Positions 8,104-16,575 of a stretch of 48,211 bases of DNA are shown piece by piece (within the stretch, counting starts at the first letter, position 1; the number at the start of each line of letters is the position of its first letter). This DNA is from Deltaproteobacteria bacterium (GTDB lineage Bacteria; Myxococcota; Myxococcia; Myxococcales; 40CM-4-68-19). Location: the NCBI GenBank assembly GCA_025350525.1, contig JANXXR010000621.1:1-48211 (forward strand), written 5' to 3'. The notes under the pieces were generated by a model. The model did not search any database. It saw nothing but the letters and a program-made list of their open reading frames with translations, and was not told where the DNA came from. The translations under genes were made by a program, and so were the position numbers.

Positions 8104-10164
8104 TCAAGGAGCGGATCGGAGCGCCTTCAGCTTCGCTTCCAGCTCGAGGCAGAGCTGGTGACCGCCGGGCTCGGGCAGGCGGTCGGGCGGGTCGGTGGCA
8201 GCGCCGCGCAGGGACGCGCGCGGCTCCGGTTTGCGCGGCGGCTTCTGCGGCGCATGGACCAGGTGTGAGAGCGCTTGCTGGAAGGCTTCGCGGGCCTGGT
8301 CGCGCTTGCCGGAGGCGAGCAGCGCGTCGCCCAGGTGGCTGAGGATCACCGGATCGCCGGGGGAGAGGCGGTCGGCGCGGCGCAATTCTTCCAGCGCCTG
8401 CTCCTCGCGGCCCAGCTTGAGGAGGCAGTAACCGTAGGAGTCGGCGATGGCGCCGTCGTCGGGCCGCAGCTCGACGGCGCGGGCGAGCAGCGTCTCCGCC
8501 TCCTTGAGCGCAGCCAGCCCGCCCTCCTCGGTGAGAGTATACCCGATATAATTCAGTGCGCCCGCGTGCGCCGGCTGCAGCGCCAGCACCTTGCGCATGG
8601 TGGAGAGCGCGCGCTGGCGATCGCCGCCGCGGTCCTGCGCGTTGGCGAGTCCGTAGAGGAGCGCGTCGCTCCCCGGATGCGCGCGCACGGCGGCGGCGAG
8701 GAGCGGCTCGGCCTCGGGCGCCTTGCCGGCGCGGTCGAAGGCTTCCAGCAGCGCCAGCGGGACGCCCTCTTCCTCTGGATGTCCGGCGAAGATGGCGCGC
8801 AGCCTGCGCAGCGATTCGGGCAGCTCCCCCGCGCGGCCCCGCGCCAGCGCCGCCTGCACGCGGGCGTCGAGGGCCAGCGCCTCGGGCGCGACGCCGAGCA
8901 GCTCGGGCGTAGCTGGACCTGCGCTCTTCTCCACCTGCTCGAAGGCCAGCGCCCCCTCGCGGGCGTGGCCGCGCTGCACCAGCGCCATCGCCCGGTAGAA
9001 GAGCAGCTCGGGGTGCCGCGGGTAGAGGCGCAGCGCGCCATCGATGGCGTCCTGCGCCTCGCCGCTGCGCCGCGCGCCGATGAGCGGGACCGCCACGCGC
9101 AGGAGCGCCCCGGCCAGCTCGCGCCGCTCCTCTTCTCTCTCGCTGGAGGTTCCGTCCCAGGGGTCGAGCTCGGCGGCGAGGCCCAGCAGCTTGCGGGCGT
9201 GGGCGTTGACCGTCTCGAGATCGCCTTCCTCGAGCGCCAGCCGCGCCAGCGCCGCCAGCACCTCCGGAGATTCGGGACGCTGCGCGAGAAGCTGCAAATA
9301 GAGCCCGCGCGCGTCGGCGAACCTGCGCTGCGCTTCGAAGAACGACGCCTGCGCCGCCAGCGCCTCCGGGTCCGACGGCTGCGCCGCCCGCGCCTGCTCG
9401 AAGGCCGCCTGCGCCGCGGCGTCGTCGTGGCGCTGGGCAAAGGCGCGGGCGACGTCCACCCAGGCGCCCGCCGCCTGATCGCGCAGCCGGCCCGCGGCCA
9501 CCAGCGCCGCGCCACTTCCGGCGCCACCTCCGACGCCACTTCCGGCGTCGCGCTCGTCGCGCTCCTCGTCGCGTCGCTGAGGGCCCGCGCGCTCCTGCGC
9601 CGCGTTGCTCCTCGCCGAGAGCGCGGCCGCGGCCTCCTGCGCTGCCGCGAGATTCCCCAGGGTCAGCTCGAGGCGCACCAGCTCGCGCCGGGCGTCCGGC
9701 TCGTCGGGCGCCGCCTCGATGGCCGCCCGCAGCTGCGTGCGCGCCTCCACCGGACGGTCGCGCGCCTCCGAGATCCGCGCCAGCATCAGCCGCGCCGGCG
9801 CATGGGCCGCGTCGAGGCCGAGCGCCGTGCGCAGCTCGCCCTCCGCCTCCGCGACGCGGCCCTGTTTGAGCAGCACTTCGGCCAACTGGGTGTGGAGGTG
9901 CGGCGAGTCGGCGTCGTAGAGCAGCGCCTCGCGCAGCTCGCTGGCGGCCAGGGGATAGTCGTCCTTGCCCTTGGCGAGGAGCGCGTCGAGGTAGTGCCGG
10001 TAGGCCCGCGCGCTGACGTAGCGCTGCGGCTCGAAGGTGTCGGTGGCTTCCCGGACCGCCTCGACGTCCACGGCCAGCTCGCGATTGGCTCCGGCTGGGG
10101 GGGCCTTCGAAGCGTGCGCGCACGCAGCCGCGAGCAGCGCGACAGCGGCCCGCCTCAGGGGCAC
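8104..10164 (-). CDS. TPR-repeat lipoprotein (686 aa)
   Basis: The GTG start at 10164 overlaps the end of the upstream gene by 10 nt. The N-terminus AVALLAAACAHAS is a lipobox. TPR-like Ala/Leu-rich repeats run throughout, for example ALNYIGYTLTEEG and DSYGYCLLKLGREEQALEEL. Confidence 0.8.
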   Translation of the reverse strand: MPLRRAAVALLAAACAHASKAPPAGANRELAVDVEAVREATDTFEPQRYVSARAYRHYLDALLAKGKDDYPLAASELREALLYDADSPHLHTQLAEVLLKQGRVAEAEGELRTALGLDAAHAPARLMLARISEARDRPVEARTQLRAAIEAAPDEPDARRELVRLELTLGNLAAAQEAAAALSARSNAAQERAGPQRRDEERDERDAGSGVGGGAGSGAALVAAGRLRDQAAGAWVDVARAFAQRHDDAAAQAAFEQARAAQPSDPEALAAQASFFEAQRRFADARGLYLQLLAQRPESPEVLAALARLALEEGDLETVNAHARKLLGLAAELDPWDGTSSEREEERRELAGALLRVAVPLIGARRSGEAQDAIDGALRLYPRHPELLFYRAMALVQRGHAREGALAFEQVEKSAGPATPELLGVAPEALALDARVQAALARGRAGELPESLRRLRAIFAGHPEEEGVPLALLEAFDRAGKAPEAEPLLAAAVRAHPGSDALLYGLANAQDRGGDRQRALSTMRKVLALQPAHAGALNYIGYTLTEEGGLAALKEAETLLARAVELRPDDGAIADSYGYCLLKLGREEQALEELRRADRLSPGDPVILSHLGDALLASGKRDQAREAFQQALSHLVHAPQKPPRKPEPRASLRGAATDPPDRLPEPGGHQLCLELEAKLKALRSAP

Positions 10165-13091
10165 TTGCTCGGGTCCGTGTTCGCGTTGCGCGAGTTGCAG
10201 GAGTCATGTCCGGGCCGCGGCCACACGGTCGCGCTGGCAGCGACCGGGGCTGCGGGAAGCTGGACCGCGTAGACCCACCCGCCGGGCGCTGGTGCGTAGG
10301 CGACGCCGCTCCCGCTGCAGGACGGAGAGCGACAATCGATGGCGGGAACCGGCACCTTGGAACCGGAGAAGGGTGAAGGGGAAAAGTCAAACAACCGCAG
10401 GGAGGCGATCGCCGACGTCGATGCGGAGAGCAGCTTGACCCCGCTCAGCGTCACTTCGAGCGCTTCTCCCCCTTGCAGGAGGACGGGTGGCGACCCTGCT
10501 TCGGTGAGATCGAGCGACGGCCCGGCCACCCCGCCCGCCTGCGCCCAGGTGAAGACGACGCCCTGGTCGTCGATGGCCCAGATGGTCTGTCCGTCGAAGA
10601 CGGGCGTGAAGGGCAGGTTCGAAGGCGTGGGGGGCTGCGCGGGAGGAAAGCCCGGCGCGGCCATCCAGCAGGCGCCCGGCAACCCGCAGCCGCTGGCGAC
10701 GCGGACGGTGCGCCTGACCTTCTGGTCTCCGCCGCCGGTGCCGAAGATCGCGCCGCCGGCGGTGCTGTCGGAGGAGATCGACGGGGGGGAAGGGGTCACC
10801 AGGCTGACGCTGCCCGCTTGGTAGATCACCTGGGTGAGGAAGCCCGGCCCGTTCTCGTCGAGCGAGGTGAAGCCGTGGCCGTTGGAGACGAAAACGGAGC
10901 CGGCGCCCGCGGTCACGCCGGTGGCGTCGTCCGCGGCGGGGGTGACGATGGTGCTGACCCCTGCCTGCGTGCAGGTGGCGCCGGGAGTGAAGGCGAAGAG
11001 GTTGCCGACGCCCGCGCCGCGCGAGAGGGCGACGGCGTAGAGCAAGTCGCTGCCTCCGGCGGTGCCCACGGCAGGCGAGGCACCGAAGTTGGCGTTGGCG
11101 GCGAAGCAGGGGACGGGGGTACCCGTCGCGCCCGCAGGAGGGGAGACCACATTGATCGCTGCGCAGCCGGTCGCCGAGGCGCTGCATACGCTGGCGGTGG
11201 AAGCGTAGACGGTGCCGCCCTGCCCGACGGCGATGTCCCCGACGATGCCGGGGAGGAGCAGCGCGCTCCACAGCTGCGTGCCGTCGGGGCCGAGCGCAAA
11301 GAGGTTGGAGCCAGCGGTCGCGGTGGTGCCGACGACCACCGTCCGCGACCCTGCCTGACCGGGCAAAAGCGCCGGCGATCCAGAGGCAGGCGCGTTGAGC
11401 TTGATCTTCCAGCGCCAGGTTGAAATCAGCGCGGTGCCGTCGGGCGAGGTGCCGCTTGCAGCCGACTGCGCGGAGTTGGAAGCGCGGTCGGCGCCGCTCG
11501 ACACCAGCTGGACCTGCACCGTGCCGCCGGGGTTGGGTGTACCCAGCGCGGTCACCGCGGTTTCGAGGGGGACCTGCACGCTGAAATGGTGGATGCGGTT
11601 GGTCGAGCCGTTCGCGCAGGTGCCGGTATCCTTACCGACCTGCTGCACGGCCAGCGTCTTCGACTGGCCGCCGGCGGTGACCAGCAGGGAAAAGGGAGCG
11701 GCCGCATCGGCGAGGCCCGCGCCGCAGTCGAGGCCGTCGAAGGTCACCGTCACGGTATCGTCGCGCAGGGCATGGGTGGCGGATCGCCGGCCGCAATTGA
11801 AAGCGCCTGGGCTTTCTGCCGCGCAGGCGCCCGACGGCAGCGCGCTCGCGTAGACGACATGAGGGCGCGTGAACCCAGGCAGCGCGGCGTCGACCCAGAT
11901 GTTGCCCTGCGGCGGTGTCACCGCGTGCTGCAAGAGGTCTGTGGCGGTGAGCGTGAAGTGCATCGCGCCCTCGCGGCCGACGACGCGGCTCGCTGGGAGC
12001 AGGAAGTGCACCGTGCCGTCGGCCTGCGCAATCGCCGCCGGATCGGGACCGCCCACGCCAGGATCGGTGAGGTGCAGTGTCAGCGACGACAGGCCCGCTC
12101 CCTTGTCGGTGACGGGCACGGAGATCTCGACGTCGGGCGCGCCGCTTCCGCCGAGGAACCAGGTCTGGCCGTCCTCGCCGGTGACCCCGGTGGTGGAGAC
12201 GAGGCCGAGCGCGCCGATCTGCGGAGGCGCGTCGTCGATCTGCACGACGCCGGCGCCCTGCGCCTGGTTGCCGGCGAGGTCCTGCGCCTTGACGGTGACG
12301 GCGAGCGGCGCTTCCGAGCCCGCCGCCTGGACAGTGCGTGGCACGGTGAACGAATACAGCGTCGCGCCCCCGCCCTGCGAGACGACGGCGCCCGCGTACG
12401 TGCAGGGCGCCGCCGCCGGACAGGTGTCGAAGCTGAGGCTGGCGGACTGCGCGCCGGTGCCGGCGCCGTCGTCCACGGTGGCACGGACCTCCAGCGTGCC
12501 GGCAGTGCGCGGCACCCAGCCGTTGACCGCGTCAGAGGCGGCGGGCACGAAGACCGAGACGGCGGGCGGAGCGTCGTCGATCACTGCCGGCACTGCCACC
12601 GAGGAGATGCTCTCCTCCGCCGCGCCCGCGATCTGGAAGCGCAGCGTGGCCCGCACCGAGACATTGCCCACCGCGTCGAACTTGAACTGCGAGAGCGTGA
12701 CGAGGTTGTCGCCGGCCTGCGGCGCGCTGAGCGAGCCGCTGGCCACCGCCTCGAGGCTGTTGTCCACCTCGACCGCGATGCCGTGCAGCGCGATGCCCAC
12801 CGCCGCGTCCACGTGCACGGTGACGTGCGGCAGCGCCGGGCTGAGCGGTCCGGTCGGCGCTCTCACCGAGACCACCGGCTTGAGCGCGGCGCAGATGCTG
12901 CCGCTGCAGATCTCGCCTCCGCCGCAGGCGGGCGCGCAGGTGCCGCTGCTGGCGAGACAGATTCCCGAGGCGGCGCAGGAGGCGCCCTGCCGGCAATCCT
13001 TGGTGCTGGTGCAAAGCCCGCGCACCGCCGGTTCGCAGGCCGAAAGGGCGGCCAGCGCGAGCGCTGCGGCGGCGGTGCTGCGAAGGTTCAT
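10155..13091 (-). CDS. Large secreted lipoprotein (978 aa) with a Cys-rich N-terminus, Ig-like modules and a beta-propeller-like C-terminal half
   Basis: It has the lipobox ALAALSAC and a Cys-rich stretch (CTSTKDCRQGASCAASGICLASSGTCAPACGGGEICSGSIC). Module junctions recur as VIDDAPPAVSV, VQIDDAPPQIG and IWVDAALPGF. The C-terminal half has Gly/Thr/Ala-rich repeats such as NLFALGPDGTQLWS and DGQTIWAIDDQGVVFTW. Confidence 0.8.
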   Translation of the reverse strand: MNLRSTAAAALALAALSACEPAVRGLCTSTKDCRQGASCAASGICLASSGTCAPACGGGEICSGSICAALKPVVSVRAPTGPLSPALPHVTVHVDAAVGIALHGIAVEVDNSLEAVASGSLSAPQAGDNLVTLSQFKFDAVGNVSVRATLRFQIAGAAEESISSVAVPAVIDDAPPAVSVFVPAASDAVNGWVPRTAGTLEVRATVDDGAGTGAQSASLSFDTCPAAAPCTYAGAVVSQGGGATLYSFTVPRTVQAAGSEAPLAVTVKAQDLAGNQAQGAGVVQIDDAPPQIGALGLVSTTGVTGEDGQTWFLGGSGAPDVEISVPVTDKGAGLSSLTLHLTDPGVGGPDPAAIAQADGTVHFLLPASRVVGREGAMHFTLTATDLLQHAVTPPQGNIWVDAALPGFTRPHVVYASALPSGACAAESPGAFNCGRRSATHALRDDTVTVTFDGLDCGAGLADAAAPFSLLVTAGGQSKTLAVQQVGKDTGTCANGSTNRIHHFSVQVPLETAVTALGTPNPGGTVQVQLVSSGADRASNSAQSAASGTSPDGTALISTWRWKIKLNAPASGSPALLPGQAGSRTVVVGTTATAGSNLFALGPDGTQLWSALLLPGIVGDIAVGQGGTVYASTASVCSASATGCAAINVVSPPAGATGTPVPCFAANANFGASPAVGTAGGSDLLYAVALSRGAGVGNLFAFTPGATCTQAGVSTIVTPAADDATGVTAGAGSVFVSNGHGFTSLDENGPGFLTQVIYQAGSVSLVTPSPPSISSDSTAGGAIFGTGGGDQKVRRTVRVASGCGLPGACWMAAPGFPPAQPPTPSNLPFTPVFDGQTIWAIDDQGVVFTWAQAGGVAGPSLDLTEAGSPPVLLQGGEALEVTLSGVKLLSASTSAIASLRLFDFSPSPFSGSKVPVPAIDCRSPSCSGSGVAYAPAPGGWVYAVQLPAAPVAASATVWPRPGHDSCNSRNANTDPSKCP

Positions 13092-13540
13092 CCGCCCCGG
13101 CCGGCTATCTCGGCGAGCTGCGCGCGGCCGGAGTCGGGCGAGAGCTTCCAGACCATCTGCCCGTTGGGGTCGAAGTCGAGGTCGAAGACGCCGCGCCCGG
13201 TGAGCTCGCGCATCTTCGCGGTGGCCTCGTCCTTGGAGAGCCCGCTCGCCTTGCAGACGGCGTCCACCTGGACCTGGCCGCCGTTCTTCTTCGCCAGCGC
13301 CAGGGCCATCTCGGAGAAGTTGCGCTCGTCATTCTCCTGCTCGACGTGGGTGCGCTTGCGGCCGGCGATCACGACCGCGACGCCGATCGCGACCACAATG
13401 CCGCCCACCACCAGCCCCGAGAGATCGACGAAGCCCTGGCCCTTGTCCTTGAAGAAGGCGCTGACCATGAACAAGGAAAAGATGCCGCCCAGGATGGCGA
13501 CGAAGGCCCCGCCGATGGTGAGGATGTTGCTCGTGCGCAT
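13088..13540 (-). CDS. Small membrane protein with two TM helices and a soluble C-terminal domain (hypothetical)
   Basis: The TM segments are ILTIGGAFVAILGGIFSLFMVSAFF and LVVGGIVVAIGVAVVIAG. The charged C-terminal ~80 aa may be winged-helix-like. Its stop overlaps the start of the 978-aa gene (ATGA). Confidence 0.65.
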   Translation of the reverse strand: MRTSNILTIGGAFVAILGGIFSLFMVSAFFKDKGQGFVDLSGLVVGGIVVAIGVAVVIAGRKRTHVEQENDERNFSEMALALAKKNGGQVQVDAVCKASGLSKDEATAKMRELTGRGVFDLDFDPNGQMVWKLSPDSGRAQLAEIAGRGG

Positions 13541-13549
13541 GGGCGGATC

Positions 13550-14110
13550 CTACTGGAAGGAGACCTTGGGGACGGCTTTGGCACCGGCCTCGGCCTTGAA
13601 GTAGTCCTTCTGCTGCGGGAAGCCGCCGATCTTGGCCCACCAGGCGCCGGGGATGCCGCGCACGTCGCCGTTGTACTGCTGGACGGCCTCGTTGTAGCGC
13701 TTGCGCTCGACGGCGAGGCGGTTCTCGCTGCCGGCCAGCTCGTCCATCAGCTTCGAGAAGTTGGCGTCGGCTTTCAGGTTTGGATAGTTCTCGGTGATCG
13801 ACATCAGCTTGGAGATGGCGCCCTCGAACTGGTTGGCCGTCTGGATCTTGTCGGCGCGGCTGGAGGCGCCCAGCATGGCGGCGCGGGCGTTGGCGATGTC
13901 GTCGAAGACGCCCTTCTCGTGCTTGGCGTAGCCCTTGGCCACCTCGACGAGGTTGGGGATGAGGTCGGCGCGGCGCTGCAGCTGGTTCTCCACCTGGCTC
14001 CAGGCGGCCTCCACTCCCTGCTCCTCGTTGACGATGCGGTTGTAGCCGCAGGGGCCGCAGCCGGCGGCCATCATCACCAGCAGGATCGGGACGTACTTGC
14101 GCGTGCGCAT
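13550..14110 (-). CDS. lemA: LemA family protein
   Basis: It has the N-terminal anchor/lipobox (LLVMMAAGC) followed by the typical LemA blocks YNRIVNEEQGVEAAWSQVENQLQRRADLIPNLVE and ENRLAVERKRYNEAVQQYN. Confidence 0.9.
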   Translation of the reverse strand: MRTRKYVPILLVMMAAGCGPCGYNRIVNEEQGVEAAWSQVENQLQRRADLIPNLVEVAKGYAKHEKGVFDDIANARAAMLGASSRADKIQTANQFEGAISKLMSITENYPNLKADANFSKLMDELAGSENRLAVERKRYNEAVQQYNGDVRGIPGAWWAKIGGFPQQKDYFKAEAGAKAVPKVSFQ

Positions 14111-14170
14111 TGCTGTTCCTCCCTCGGACGCCAGAGTCTAACACGGGGCCAAGACGGCGCCCCCAAAGAG

Positions 14171-14926
14171 CTACCGCCAGGCGGCGGCCTGCGTGAGGTA
14201 GTCGCGCACCAGCGCGCGGGCCGCCACCACCGACTCGCGGATGGGGCGCTCCAGCGCCAGCCCCGCGGCGATGGCGCTCGACAGCCGGCAGCCGGTGCCG
14301 CGAGCGGCGCCGCGGATCCGCGCTGCTTCGAAGTGCTCGACGACGCCGCCCATGGCCAGCACGTCCACCGGTTCGCCGGCGAGGTGCCCGCCCTTGACCA
14401 GCGCCGCCCGCACGCCCTTGGCCACCAGGGCCCGCGCCGCCTGCTCCAGCCCGACGGCGTCCTCCGGCTGGCGCGAGAGACCGAGCAGCGCCGCGGCCTC
14501 GAGGAGGTTGGGCGTGATCAGCGCGTGGGAAGCGAGCGAGAGATAGGCGTCGCGCGCCTGCTGCAAGGTGCCCTTGAAGAGCAGCGTCCCGCTCGACGCC
14601 TGCAGCACCGGATCGATCACCACCGGCAGATCGCGGCGCGGCGAGAGGAGCTTCGCGATCGCCTCGGCCACCTTGCCGTCGGCGATCATGCCCACCTTGA
14701 CGGCGCGGACGTTCTCCTCCGAGAGCAGCGCGTGCGCCGACTCGGTGACCAGCGCCACCGAGACGGCTTCCCAGCGCTTCACCCCGCGGGTGGTCTGCAC
14801 GGTGAGCGCCGTCGCCACGCAGAGCGGCCGCGCGCCGAGGGCGTGGATGGCCTCGGCGTCGGCGAGGATGCCGGCGCTGCCGCTCGGGTCGAGCCCGCCG
14901 AAGACCAGCACGCAAGGGGCGCTCAT
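14171..14926 (-). CDS. thiD: Hydroxymethylpyrimidine/phosphomethylpyrimidine kinase
   Basis: This is the real part of the 583-aa track ORF, with the ATG at 14926 in an ATGA overlap. Its motifs are VFGGLDPSGSAGILAD, KVGMI and GTGCRLSSAIAAG. Confidence 0.9.
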   Translation of the reverse strand: MSAPCVLVFGGLDPSGSAGILADAEAIHALGARPLCVATALTVQTTRGVKRWEAVSVALVTESAHALLSEENVRAVKVGMIADGKVAEAIAKLLSPRRDLPVVIDPVLQASSGTLLFKGTLQQARDAYLSLASHALITPNLLEAAALLGLSRQPEDAVGLEQAARALVAKGVRAALVKGGHLAGEPVDVLAMGGVVEHFEAARIRGAARGTGCRLSSAIAAGLALERPIRESVVAARALVRDYLTQAAAWR

Positions 14927-15642
14927 CGGCGGGACTTGTCCACCAGCGCGCGGTAGAGCGCAAGGTGCTCGAGGCTGGCCAGCAGCTCCGGGTGCCACTG
15001 CACGCCGAGGGCGAAGTTGTCGGGCAGCTCGATGGCTTCGATGATCAGGTCGGGCGAGATGGCGCAGACCCGCGCCCGCCCCGGGTCGCGCACCGCCTGG
15101 TGGTGGGTCGAGTTCACTTGCAGCTCGCGCACGCCGAGGATGGCTTCCAGCGCGGTGCCCTCGAGGATCTTGACCGGATGGCCGGGCTCGCGCGGGTCGA
15201 GCTTCTGCTCGTGGTCGAAGGAGCCGGGGACCTCGTCGCGGATGTCCTGCCAGAGGGTGCCTCCCAGCTCGACGGCGAGCAGCTGCATGCCGCCGCAGAC
15301 GCCCAGCACCGGCTTGTTGGCTTGGAGGGCGGCGTGCAGGACCCGCTGCTCGTAGGCGGTGCGACCGCGCTTCATGGGACCGAGCCGGTCGCCGGCCTTG
15401 GCGCCGTAGAGCTCGGGCGGGATGTCGAAGGCGCCGCCGGTGATGACCAGCCCATCGCAGAGGGCGACGGCCTCCGCGGGCGCGGTCTCGTCCTCGCTGT
15501 AGGGCAGCACCACGGGCAGCCCGCCCGAGGCGAGCACGGCGTCGGCGTAGGCCTGCTTCAGCTCGTAGCGCGGCATCGGGGGGCGGCCGGGGCGGCCGGC
15601 GGTCTCGCCGACGTCGGGGGTGATGCCGATGATGGGTCTCAC
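14923..15642 (-). CDS. Class-I glutamine amidotransferase-like hydrolase (peptidase C26 / gamma-glutamyl-GABA hydrolase family)
   Basis: It has the start RPIIGIT..., the nucleophile elbow VLGVCGGMQLL, then STHHQAV and GVQWHPE. The likely GTG start at 15642 overlaps the thiE stop (GTGA). The ORF maximum extends to 15705. Confidence 0.85.
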   Translation of the reverse strand: MRPIIGITPDVGETAGRPGRPPMPRYELKQAYADAVLASGGLPVVLPYSEDETAPAEAVALCDGLVITGGAFDIPPELYGAKAGDRLGPMKRGRTAYEQRVLHAALQANKPVLGVCGGMQLLAVELGGTLWQDIRDEVPGSFDHEQKLDPREPGHPVKILEGTALEAILGVRELQVNSTHHQAVRDPGRARVCAISPDLIIEAIELPDNFALGVQWHPELLASLEHLALYRALVDKSRR

Positions 15643-16289
15643 GGCGCGCCCTTGAAGGCGGCGGCGAGAGCGCGCGTTGCCTGCTCCGGATCGGGAGACC
15701 GGCACAGATCGGCGATGGCGGCGGCGCAGTGGGCGCCGGCGCCGGCGACCTGGGCGGCGTTGGCGGCGGTGATTCCGCCGATGGCGACGACAGGGATGCG
15801 GGAGCGTCGCACCGCCCGGCGCAGGCCCTCGATTCCGTGCGGCGGAGGCAAGGCAGCGCCCGGCTTGCTCTGCGTGGAGAAGATGGGGCCGAAGCCGATG
15901 TAGTCGGCTCCTTGCGCCTCATCGATCTCCTCGTCCGAATGCGTGGAGATGCCGATGATCATCTCCGGCCCGACGATGGCCCTCGCCTCCGCCAGAGGCA
16001 GATCCTCCTGCCCCAGGTGCACCCCTTCCGCCCCGCACAGTCGCGCGACGTCGGGCCGGTCATTGATGAAGAGCAGCGCCCCTCTGCAGATCTTCCTGGC
16101 CTCGCGGGCGATGGCCAGGAAGTCGCCGGTCCCCAACCCTGACGCCTGAGGCCTGAAGCCTGAGGCCTCAGCCTTGGCCTCGGGCTTCACCCTCACCTGC
16201 ACCACCGCCGCCCCGCCCCGGACAAACGCCTCCACCAGCCGGACCCCGTCGGCGATCGCATACACACCGTTGGGAAGCGCTCGAGCCAC
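15639..16289 (-). CDS. thiE: Thiamine-phosphate synthase
   Basis: It has the blocks VVQVRVK, LLFINDRPD, GVHLGQEDLP, IIGISTH, DYIGFGPIFST.SK and VVAIGGI. The start is uncertain: GTG at 16289 is preferred, and the ORF maximum of 16394 would overlap the divergent gene. It contains an extra loop encoded by a heptamer repeat. Confidence 0.85.
   Translation of the reverse strand: MARALPNGVYAIADGVRLVEAFVRGGAAVVQVRVKPEAKAEASGFRPQASGLGTGDFLAIAREARKICRGALLFINDRPDVARLCGAEGVHLGQEDLPLAEARAIVGPEMIIGISTHSDEEIDEAQGADYIGFGPIFSTQSKPGAALPPPHGIEGLRRAVRRSRIPVVAIGGITAANAAQVAGAGAHCAAAIADLCRSPDPEQATRALAAAFKGAP
16139..16173. repeat. Degenerate heptanucleotide tandem repeat (plus strand CTGANGC x4-5; coding sense GCNTCAG) inside thiE
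   Basis: The units read ctgacgc-ctgaggc-ctgaagc-ctgaggc-ctcagcc. They encode ...EASGFRPQASG..., an insertion relative to the usual ThiE K-to-FIND spacing. Confidence 0.75.
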
Positions 16290-16377
16290 GGGGGCTGTAC
16301 CATACAGCAGAGATGTGCTAGAAGCCCGCGCCCGATCATCGAAGAGTAGCCGCCTCCGGGCGGCGAAGGAGCACGAA

Positions 16378-16569
16378 GTGAGTGAGAAGGACAAGGAGAT
16401 CCCGGTCCGCTACCTCGACCGCCGCGTGGTCGAGCGCTACATGAAGCGCGGCCTGCTCGACGAGAAGGAGTACGCGCGGCACTTGAAGGCGCTGCAGGAC
16501 CTGGCCGAAAACGCCGGCAGCGTCGAGACCGAGTTCTCCTCCGTGGACGGGCTCGGCCCCACCCGCTAG
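16378..16569 (+). CDS. Small hypothetical protein (63 aa)
   Basis: The GTG at 16378 sits 6 nt after AAGGAG. The peptide is charged and helical (VRYLDRRVVERYMKRGLLDEKEYARHLKALQDLAENA). It ends 6 nt before the HtrA gene. Confidence 0.55.
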   Translation: MSEKDKEIPVRYLDRRVVERYMKRGLLDEKEYARHLKALQDLAENAGSVETEFSSVDGLGPTR

Positions 16570-16575
16570 CGCGCC

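Noticed and set aside
16290-16400. A TPP riboswitch might be expected upstream of thiE.
   Set aside because: I read the minus-strand leader and could not find the conserved CUGAGA/ACCUGAUCUGGAUAAUGCCAGCG-type core. The space to the divergent gene is also under 100 nt.
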